A stretch of 29,830 nucleotides of DNA, taken from the NCBI GenBank assembly GCA_040902005.1, contig JBBDYA010000112.1, positions 1 through 29,830 of the forward strand, in the 5' to 3' direction. Below the pieces are notes generated by a model. That model had not been told where the DNA came from, did no database searches, and was given only the letters and a program-made list of their open reading frames with translations. The DNA comes from Gemmatimonadaceae bacterium (GTDB taxonomy: Bacteria > Gemmatimonadota > Gemmatimonadetes > Gemmatimonadales > Gemmatimonadaceae). The position numbers were made by a program, and so were the translations under genes. Every line of letters starts with the position of its first letter. Position 1 is the stretch's first letter. Of the stretch, positions 18,496 through 25,543 are shown piece after piece.

Positions 18496-19481
18496 TGTCC
18501 CACCGCCTCGCGAAAGTGCTGCTCGAGCACCGAGTGCGCCGGCCGCAGGCTGCTCACCAGTACCCCGCGCAGCAGCAGCTCCGAGATCCCCGCGTTCAGC
18601 GACGCGAGGTCCCGCGTCACCTCGTACTCGTTCTCGCCCGTGGTGCGCGCGTCGGGCAGGACCGCGAGCACCGCCGCGGCGTCGCCCACCACGGAGATCA
18701 CGTATGCGATCGCCGCGGCACTTCCGGCCCGGCGGGGTTCCACCACGCGCTGGAGCCGCCCGTGATCGATGATGGCCACGCGGTCGGCCAGCCGTTGCAG
18801 CTCGTCCAGGTTGTGCGACGCGATGAAGATGACGCGCCCCGGCTGGCGCAGCGTCTGCACCACGTCGCGGAAGCGCTGCGTCCACACCGGATCGAGTCCG
18901 TGCGTGGGCTCGTCGAGAATCAGCACGCGCTCGTTCCGCAGCAGGGCCTGCGCGATGCCCAGCCGTTGGAGGTTGCCCTTGGACAGCTCCTTCGCGCGCT
19001 TGCCGCGATGTTCGTCCAGCCCCAGCAGCGCGATGATTTCGTTGATCCGGCCCCGCCGCTCCGAATCCCGTACGCCGGCGAGGATCCCGTACCGTTCCAG
19101 CGCCTCCTCCAGCTTCCACCGGGGCGGAATGGCAATGAGTTCCGACAGGTAGCCAATGCCGTGCCGCTCCACGAACTTCCGCGGCGGCATGCCCCCCACG
19201 CGCACGGTGCCGTTCGTGGGCTCGAGATACCCGAGCAGCAGGGCGATGAGCGTGCTCTTCCCCGCGCCGTTGGGGCCAGCCAGCCCGAACACCTCGCTCT
19301 CGCCGATGCTGAGCGAGAAGTCCTCCACCGCGCGAACCGTGCGACCGGTGAACGAGCGATAGGTGTGGCCGACGCCCTCGAACTCGATCAGCGCGGGATC
19401 GGCTGCATTCCGGGCGACGCGGGAGGCATCGCTCCCGGCACGCACCCGGACCAGCTCCCCTGTCCCGCCCGATTGATCCAT
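18492..19481 (-). CDS. ABC transporter ATP-binding protein
   Basis: Walker A GPNGAGKST, signature variant LSKGN, Walker B LILDEPTHGLDP, H-loop IASH. Start uncertain: ATG 19481 has a GAGGGG SD but overlaps the upstream gene by 94 nt. Confidence 0.93.
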   Translation of the reverse strand: MDQSGGTGELVRVRAGSDASRVARNAADPALIEFEGVGHTYRSFTGRTVRAVEDFSLSIGESEVFGLAGPNGAGKSTLIALLLGYLEPTNGTVRVGGMPPRKFVERHGIGYLSELIAIPPRWKLEEALERYGILAGVRDSERRGRINEIIALLGLDEHRGKRAKELSKGNLQRLGIAQALLRNERVLILDEPTHGLDPVWTQRFRDVVQTLRQPGRVIFIASHNLDELQRLADRVAIIDHGRLQRVVEPRRAGSAAAIAYVISVVGDAAAVLAVLPDARTTGENEYEVTRDLASLNAGISELLLRGVLVSSLRPAHSVLEQHFREAVGQ

Positions 19482-20380
19482 CGCATCCCCTCGTCCGTTC
19501 GGCCGAGCTTCAGCAGCGTGCAGCCGAGGAAGCCCATGGAGGATCGATCCTCGCTGTTGGCCTGGAGCGCGCGCACGTAGAACCGGCGCGCGAGTTCGTG
19601 GTTGCCGGAGGCAAGCAGGTACGAGGCCATCTCGCGGAGCGCGACGGCATTCTCGGGTTCGGCCTGCACGGCCAGGGTGGCTTCCTGCCCGGCAAGCGTC
19701 ATGTTGCCCACCTCACGCGCCATGCGCGAGAGATACACATGCGGGAGGGCCTGCTCGGGGTTGTCGCGCGCGGCGCGCGAGAATTCGCTCACCGCCAGCT
19801 CGCGCTGCCCCCGCTGCCAGTACTGGACACCGCGGTCCAGCGATGCGTCGTCGCCACCACGCATCACCGCAAACGCGCCCACGGCGATCAGCGCCACCAC
19901 GGCGACGCCCGCCACGGGCAGCAGCCACGGCTTTCGCTCCGGCGGCAGCGCCACCGGCGTGGGCGTGCCCAGCGGCGACAGCCGCAGTCCCTTGGTGGAC
20001 ATCGCCTCGCCCTGGACCGGATCACCGTCCGTGGAAACGGGGGTCATGAGCGACGCCTCCAGCTTCAGGAACCCCTCGCGCGCCGCGTTGATGTCGGCGT
20101 CCGTCGGATGGTAGGCGGTGTCCTGCGCGCGCTCCCGCGCGGCGCTGAATTCGGCGAGCGCGTTGGCCTGGTCGAGCGCGATGAGTTGACGCTGCCGCGC
20201 CTCGCGAATCAGGTTCAGCCCGCCCAGCGGGGTGCCGCCGAGGATCGACCGGAGCGCCGTTTCCACTCCGCCCCATGCCTCGATCAGGTCGGCGGCCAAT
20301 TCCTCCGCGTGGCGTGAGCGATCGAGGCGCGCGATCGCGGGACGTGCGGCATCGAGAGCCGCGAGAGCTTGGCGTTGCAT
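19388..20380 (-). CDS. Single-pass membrane protein: helical (HEPN-like?) N-domain, TM, C-terminal TPR repeats (330 aa)
   Basis: Central TM WLLPVAGVAVVALIAVGAFAVM; TPR patterns AVSEFSRAARDNP, ARRFYVRALQANSE, LGCTLLKLGRTDEG. Confidence 0.8.
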   Translation of the reverse strand: MQRQALAALDAARPAIARLDRSRHAEELAADLIEAWGGVETALRSILGGTPLGGLNLIREARQRQLIALDQANALAEFSAARERAQDTAYHPTDADINAAREGFLKLEASLMTPVSTDGDPVQGEAMSTKGLRLSPLGTPTPVALPPERKPWLLPVAGVAVVALIAVGAFAVMRGGDDASLDRGVQYWQRGQRELAVSEFSRAARDNPEQALPHVYLSRMAREVGNMTLAGQEATLAVQAEPENAVALREMASYLLASGNHELARRFYVRALQANSEDRSSMGFLGCTLLKLGRTDEGMRWINRAGQGSWSGCVPGAMPPASPGMQPIPR

Positions 20381-20395
20381 GGGGTGGAAACTAGC

Positions 20396-20437
20396 GGAAA
20401 TCGGACAAGCGGAGATTGGTGGCCGCTTGCCGATTCC
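20396..20437. other. Intergenic bulged stem-loop
   Basis: GGAAATCGGACAAGCGG (20396-20412) pairs with CCGCTTGCCGATTCC (20423-20437) with two single-A bulges and a 10-nt loop. Confidence 0.6.
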
Positions 20438-20443
20438 CGACGT

Positions 20444-21586
20444 TCAGCGAACGATCCGTAACAGCCCGGCTCGCGCGCTGGCGCGCACGAAGCTTTCCGC
20501 GTCGTGACTGGGCAGCTGGATCCCCGTCTGGGTGAGCACGCGGCGCGCCGTCCGCTGCATGTACTCCTCCACCGTGTGCCCCGACACGTCCGCGTCCGCG
20601 TCGCGCATGTTCGTGACGATCTCGTCCCACGATCCGCGAAAGGCTGTGCCGTCCGACGCCACGATGTGGTGCGACTCGTCTTCCTTCCGATCCACCAGGC
20701 CGGTCAGGAGCGACCCGAAGAGTTCCAGCTGGTTGCGGGCCACCTCCGGATCGTCGCCGCGCTGAATCCCCTGCCGGCCGGGTTCGAGTTCCAGCAGCAG
20801 TTCGTCGATGTCGTCGAGACTCTCGTTCAACTCGGCGATGCGCTCGTCCCACGGCTTCAGCTCCGGATCGCCCTCGTCCAGCTTGTAGACCGCGCGCTTC
20901 AACTCGATGAGACGCCAGATCCCCAGTTCGTCCCAATGGTCTTCCGGGTGCGTGCGCTCGAAGTGGTACAGTGCCCCCTCGAACTCGCCGCGATCGTACA
21001 GCAGGTTCGCCAGGTAGATGCGCGCTTCGCTGTGCTCACCGTCCAGCTGGAGCGCCTTGCGCAGCGCCGCAATGCTGCCGTCGTCGTCGCTGACACGGTG
21101 CTTGGCGTATCCCACGCACGCCACCGCTTCCGCGGACTCGCCCTGCTGTTCGACCGCCGCCTCGAAGAAGTGCAGTGCTTCACCGAACAGCGTCTGGCTG
21201 TCGCGCAGCGATGCCTCGCGAAACAGCGAGCGCCCCACCTGGAGCACGAGGTCCACGTCGTCGGTGTACCCCAGCTCCAGAATCCGGTGAAAGCAGCGGA
21301 GCGCGGCGTCCTCCAGCCCGAACTTGAGCAGCGTTTCGCCCAGGCCAGCCAGCCCGTCCTCGTGTTCGGGCTCGAGCACCAGCGCTTCCTCGAACGCGCG
21401 GCGGGCCCATGCGTATTCCTCGCGCGCGAGCCGGGCGTACCCCACACCAACGTGGAGCTCTACCGAACTGGGATAGAGCGTGAGTCCTTCGCGAAGTACG
21501 GTGAGCGCTTCGTCGTACTGTCCTTCGTTGTACAACTGGTGGGCGCGTTCGTCATACTCCTCAGAACTCAGGAAGGGGGTGGCCAT
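20444..21586 (-). CDS. Cytoplasmic tetratricopeptide-repeat protein (380 aa)
   Basis: Multiple TPR units (YNEGQYDEALTVLREGLTLYP, ARRAFEEALVLEPEH, ALRKALQLDGEHSEARIYLANLLYDRGEF), acidic C-terminal domain, SD GGAGG. Confidence 0.9.
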   Translation of the reverse strand: MATPFLSSEEYDERAHQLYNEGQYDEALTVLREGLTLYPSSVELHVGVGYARLAREEYAWARRAFEEALVLEPEHEDGLAGLGETLLKFGLEDAALRCFHRILELGYTDDVDLVLQVGRSLFREASLRDSQTLFGEALHFFEAAVEQQGESAEAVACVGYAKHRVSDDDGSIAALRKALQLDGEHSEARIYLANLLYDRGEFEGALYHFERTHPEDHWDELGIWRLIELKRAVYKLDEGDPELKPWDERIAELNESLDDIDELLLELEPGRQGIQRGDDPEVARNQLELFGSLLTGLVDRKEDESHHIVASDGTAFRGSWDEIVTNMRDADADVSGHTVEEYMQRTARRVLTQTGIQLPSHDAESFVRASARAGLLRIVR

Positions 21587-21618
21587 TGCGAACGCCTCCG
21601 GCTCGTGAGGTTATGCCT

Positions 21619-21648
21619 ATAGTACCACGCGACCGCGGCGAAGTTCAA
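21619..21648 (-). promoter_or_regulatory. Putative sigma-70 promoter (extended -10) of the TPR-ABC-M16 unit
   Basis: Minus strand TTGAAC (21648-21643), 18 nt, TG-g-TACTAT (-10 at 21624-21619). Palindrome TCAAC-C-GTTGA (21645-21655) overlaps the -35. Confidence 0.65.
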
Positions 21649-21691
21649 CCGTTGACAGGCGGACCGCGCTCAGGACGGGCACGCCTCCAAA

Positions 21692-22321
21692 CTATGTGCT
21701 GCTCAGGGACGCGAAAGAGCCAGTTTTGGGGCCGCCGATCAGCCGGGCGGTGACGATCAGGCGGTCAGGCGCGGTGCCGAAATAGCGGATGGGCCAGCAG
21801 GTCGTGAGGGTGAGCGTCGCATCGGCCGTGTGGAACAGGGCCGGCGCGTCCGCCCGCACCACGCGCTTGGAGATGACCACCCACCCCGCGCTCCGCATGC
21901 CGGACTCGGTGAGGACCGTGTCGCCCACCTGGATGGCGCCCAGACGCCTGAAGTGCCGGTCGCGGTGGGCCGAGATTACGGCGTTGCCCCGCTCGCCCGG
22001 GTACGCGCTGCCGGGCAGGTGGCCGGGACCGGCGTTGAGCGAGTAGTCGTCAACCCCTTCGATGACAATTTCGTCGAGCCGGAGGCGCGGAATGAGCAGT
22101 CGCGCCACGGGGACCCCGCGCGCTACCGACGCCGGCGCCAGCTCATTGTTCGTCACGTACCGCCGCGCCAGCGAGACCACGGCGCGCGCCTCGGCCTGGT
22201 GCCACGCCCGCCGGAGCTCCTGCTGGCGCCACTCGCCAAGGGCATAGCGTCCGCCTGCATAGGCAACGCTCAGCGCGCCCCCGCACAAGAGCCCGTATCC
22301 CAACAGGCGGCGTAACCCCAC
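21692..22321 (-). CDS. Sortase, class D-like (209 aa)
   Basis: N-terminal membrane anchor; VARLLIPRL, GPGHLPGSAYPGERGNAVISAHRD (catalytic His), TLTLTTCWP (TLxTC Cys), DRLIVTA (Arg). GTG is 1 nt after the substrate gene's TAA. Confidence 0.93.
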   Translation of the reverse strand: MGLRRLLGYGLLCGGALSVAYAGGRYALGEWRQQELRRAWHQAEARAVVSLARRYVTNNELAPASVARGVPVARLLIPRLRLDEIVIEGVDDYSLNAGPGHLPGSAYPGERGNAVISAHRDRHFRRLGAIQVGDTVLTESGMRSAGWVVISKRVVRADAPALFHTADATLTLTTCWPIRYFGTAPDRLIVTARLIGGPKTGSFASLSST

Positions 22322-22322
22322 C

Positions 22323-22697
22323 TTACCGCCGGGGCCGTCGCATCAGCAGCCCGGCACCCATGACCAGTGATGCGATGCCGAACAGCGCCAAGGCCGACAG
22401 CGGGCTGGCCGTGGCGGGCGCGACGGCGCCGTCCGTGAATGTCACCACTGGCGGGCTGTACACGACGGTGTCGACCCCCACGATGGCCGGCACGTCCACA
22501 CCGGCGGCCGAGTCAACCCAGGCCCGCATGTTGGTCATCTCGGTCGTGATCTCCGCCTCGCGCGCAGAGTCAGCCACCGCGATGGTCTGCGGGAATTGCA
22601 ACGGGGCGCGGGGCGGCGCGACGTAGGTCGTGATCTGCGCGCCGGCCGCGCTCGCGGCGAGCAGGAGCATCGCGCTCAAGAACATCGTCCTGACCAT
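22323..22697 (-). CDS. Small secreted protein with C-terminal sortase-type sorting signal (APATA + TM + RRPRR), 124 aa
   Basis: SD GGAGAGGG then ATG 22697; Sec signal ending AGA|Q; APATA at 22421-22407, followed by a ~20-aa hydrophobic helix and a basic tail. Confidence 0.85.
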   Translation of the reverse strand: MVRTMFLSAMLLLAASAAGAQITTYVAPPRAPLQFPQTIAVADSAREAEITTEMTNMRAWVDSAAGVDVPAIVGVDTVVYSPPVVTFTDGAVAPATASPLSALALFGIASLVMGAGLLMRRPRR

Positions 22698-22735
22698 TCC
22701 ACCCTCTCCGTGTGTGCTCTTCCGCCACCGGAAAG

Positions 22736-22751
22736 GGCAGGTTGCGGGCCA
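22736..22751 (-). promoter_or_regulatory. Putative sigma-54 (-24/-12) promoter of the substrate-sortase pair
   Basis: Minus strand TGGCCCGCAACCTGCC: GG-N10-GC with exact spacing, close to TGGCACG-N4-TTGC, about 40 nt upstream of ATG 22697. Confidence 0.55.
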
Positions 22752-22786
22752 CCCGCCTTGCGGAAGGCCAGCTGGAAGCGTGCGGA

Positions 22787-23020
22787 TCACTCCGCCTCGG
22801 CGAACTCCTCGGCTTTCATCACGGCGATCACGTCGCGCTCGTTCGCGGACGGGTCCCACAGGACGATCACCTTGATGGTCTCGCCAACGTAGGCGTCGAA
22901 CGTCCGTGCCTCGCCCTGCTTCAGCCGGATCTCGTGCCCGTCCTCGAACTTGAGCGACACGAGCGGATACTTCTCGTTCACGTAACTGCGGCGAAGCCGC
23001 TTCGGCATCCGCTTTCCCAT
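22787..23020 (-). CDS. Hypothetical small protein (77 aa)
   Basis: ATG 1 nt after the kynureninase-like gene's stop; globular composition unlike shadow ORFs; GC-rich third codon positions. Confidence 0.8.
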   Translation of the reverse strand: MGKRMPKRLRRSYVNEKYPLVSLKFEDGHEIRLKQGEARTFDAYVGETIKVIVLWDPSANERDVIAVMKAEEFAEAE

Positions 23021-23021
23021 C

Positions 23022-24224
23022 TCAGGTCACCACGGCGCCGGGGGCGCGCGCATGCGCGCGCCACGCGTCGCCCTTCAGCGCCTCGTCGATTGTGGCCATG
23101 GCGTGCTCCAGTTCCGCGTCGTCCGTATAGAAGTGCGGCGCGATGCGAATCCCCGCACCCGGCCGGTAGTCCACCAGCACGTTCCGTGCGATCAGGTACT
23201 GCGACACCTCATACGCATGCGGCACGTCGATCGCCACCGTGCCGCCCCGCCGGACCGGATCGCGCGGCGCATTCACCGTGAACGACCGCTCGTCGGCCAG
23301 CGCGATCAGGCGTGCCGTCTGCCGCATGCTCTTTTCGCGAATCGCGGCGATGCCGGCGCGGCGCAGGATCTTCGGTCCCTCGGCCGACGCGTACAGCGCC
23401 GGGATTACCGGCGTGCCGCCCAGCCACCGGAAGGCGTCCGTGGCGAACTCCATCTCCGGCTCGAACGCAAAGGGGCGCGCGTGCGCCTGCCACCCCGTGA
23501 GTGCCGGCTCGAGCGTGCCGCGCACGCGCGGAGACACGTACAGGAAGCAGCCGCCCGGCCCGCCGCACAACCACTTGAGCACACCGCCGGTCAGGAAGTC
23601 GCACCCGATCGCGCGCACGTCCACGGGAATGACGCCCACCGCGTGGAACGAATCCAGCGAGACCAGCGCGCCCACCTGCCGCGCCTTCCGGCAGATCGCC
23701 TCCACGTCCATCACGTACGCGGACCGGAACAGCACGTGCGAGATCGACACCAGACGCGTGCGTTCGTCGATCAGCGCCAGCAACGCCTCCGTGTCCACTC
23801 CCAGCCCGTCCGCGGACGCCGGCGCCACCACGATCTCCGCCCCCCCCCCCAGGCGCGCGGCGAGTCCGTCGTACGCGTAGCGTACAGAGGGAAAGTCCAG
23901 CGCCGTCATCACGATGCGGTTGCGTGGCGCCGCGTACGTGAGCGACGACAGCACCGTGGCCTGTGCCATGGTGACGTTCGGCACCATGACCACCTCGCCC
24001 GCGCCAGCGCCGATCAGCGGCGCGATTTCGTCGCCCACCGTGACGGGCAGGTCCCACCACCCCTGTCCCCACGCGCGCACGCCCTGTTCGCCCCAGTCAC
24101 GCGCGTACGCCGCCATGCGGTCCACGACCGACCTGGGCATCGCGCCCAGCGAATTGGAGACGAGGTAGGTGGTGCGCTCGAGAATCGGGAACTCGGAGCG
24201 GTACCGCAGGAGCGGATCGGTCAT
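23022..24224 (-). CDS. kynU: Kynureninase-like PLP enzyme (aminotransferase class V), 400 aa
   Basis: YLVSNSLGAMP, GVRAWGQGWW, DFPSVRY, LDSFHAVG, GGVLKWLCGGPG (PLP Lys), RIAPHFY. ATGA overlap with the permease stop. Exact substrate not established. Confidence 0.8.
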   Translation of the reverse strand: MTDPLLRYRSEFPILERTTYLVSNSLGAMPRSVVDRMAAYARDWGEQGVRAWGQGWWDLPVTVGDEIAPLIGAGAGEVVMVPNVTMAQATVLSSLTYAAPRNRIVMTALDFPSVRYAYDGLAARLGGGAEIVVAPASADGLGVDTEALLALIDERTRLVSISHVLFRSAYVMDVEAICRKARQVGALVSLDSFHAVGVIPVDVRAIGCDFLTGGVLKWLCGGPGGCFLYVSPRVRGTLEPALTGWQAHARPFAFEPEMEFATDAFRWLGGTPVIPALYASAEGPKILRRAGIAAIREKSMRQTARLIALADERSFTVNAPRDPVRRGGTVAIDVPHAYEVSQYLIARNVLVDYRPGAGIRIAPHFYTDDAELEHAMATIDEALKGDAWRAHARAPGAVVT

Positions 24225-25543
24225 GACGACGCCTGCGCCCGCGCGCGGAGAAACGACAGGAACCAGAGGATGAGTCCCGCGCCCGCCACGGCACCGCTCA
24301 CCAGCCACTCCCCCGGCGTGATGGACGTGAGCAGCCCCACGATCACCAGGGCCGCCATCGGCGGGCCGAATCGGGATCCCGGGATCGGGCGCAGCGCACC
24401 GGACGCGTCGTCCGTGATTCCCCCGCGGCGCAACTGCCACGCCGCCGCCGCACATCCGAGATAGACCAGCAGCACCGCCACGTTCGCCATGATCACCAGC
24501 GGCTCGAACCCACTGCTCAGGGCGAGCGTGAGACAGACGGCCGCCTGCACCACGATGGCAAGCCACGGCGTGTGAAAGCGCGCGTGCACGCCCGCCAGCG
24601 GCCTGGGTAGCAGGCCGTCACGGGCGAATGCGAACAGCGCACGCGGCACGGCGAGAATCATCCCGCAGAGATAGCCAAAGGTGGACAGCACCACGGCGGT
24701 GCCGAGCAGCATGCCGCCGAACGGACCCATCACCGCCCGTGCCGCGTCCGACAGCGGCGCCGCGCTGCCCACGAGAGCCGGCCCCACCACGCCATACACC
24801 GAGATCTGCACCAGCACGTACACCACCGTCACGATGAGCAGCGCGATGAACACCGCGCGCGGCACGGTGCGACCGGGCTCGCGCACCTCGCCGCTGGGCA
24901 CCATCGCGGCCTCGATGCCGGCGAACACGAAGATCAGGAAGACGGACGCGCGGGTCAGGTCGCCCACGGACGGCGTTTCCGTCCAGGCAAGGTGCGCGGG
25001 ATTCATGTTCGCGAGTCCCAGCACGATCAGCAGCGCCAGCGGCAGCAGCTTCGCCACGGTGGACACCATGTTCAGCCGTGCGCCGAACTGCACGCCCAGC
25101 ACATTGATCGCCGCGACGACCGTGAACACCGTCACCAGGATGACGGCTCGCCCGGGAAATGCCGCCAGCGCGGGCACCATACCGATCGCGGCATCGGCAA
25201 AGATGGTCGCCACCGCGGCGGTCGCGATGGTGCTGGCCACCCAGAGAAACCACCCGACCATGAAGCCGGCGAATCCGCCAAACGCCCGCTCCACGTAGGC
25301 GTACGGACCGCCCGTGAGTGACACGCGGCTCCCCGCCTCCGCGAAGCACATGACCACGAACATCATCACCACGGCGCACAGGGCATACGCCAGCGGCGCG
25401 GCCGAGCCGAGTCGCCCGGTCACCTCCATGGTGCCGGGCGCGCGGAAGATGCCGCCGCCGATCGTGATGTTGACGATACTCGCCGCCAGCCCCCAGACGC
25501 CGAGAACGCGGACGAGCCCCGCCTCTCCCGGCGCGCGCGTCAT
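24221..25543 (-). CDS. APC-superfamily amino acid permease (440 aa)
   Basis: TIGGGIF in TM1, FAEAGSRVSLTGGPYAYV, FAGIE...GEVREPGRTVPRA, PRALFAFARDGLLP; about 12 TMs. Confidence 0.92.
   Translation of the reverse strand: MTRAPGEAGLVRVLGVWGLAASIVNITIGGGIFRAPGTMEVTGRLGSAAPLAYALCAVVMMFVVMCFAEAGSRVSLTGGPYAYVERAFGGFAGFMVGWFLWVASTIATAAVATIFADAAIGMVPALAAFPGRAVILVTVFTVVAAINVLGVQFGARLNMVSTVAKLLPLALLIVLGLANMNPAHLAWTETPSVGDLTRASVFLIFVFAGIEAAMVPSGEVREPGRTVPRAVFIALLIVTVVYVLVQISVYGVVGPALVGSAAPLSDAARAVMGPFGGMLLGTAVVLSTFGYLCGMILAVPRALFAFARDGLLPRPLAGVHARFHTPWLAIVVQAAVCLTLALSSGFEPLVIMANVAVLLVYLGCAAAAWQLRRGGITDDASGALRPIPGSRFGPPMAALVIVGLLTSITPGEWLVSGAVAGAGLILWFLSFLRARAQASS

Noticed and set aside
19388..19481. 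94-nt overlap between the membrane TPR gene and the ABC ATPase
   Set aside because: Depends on an uncertain start choice; a downstream GTG start would shrink it, and both overlapping segments are low-complexity tails.
21652..21657. Perfect TTGACA on + strand (antisense promoter into the sortase gene)
   Set aside because: No -10-like hexamer at 16-18 nt spacing.
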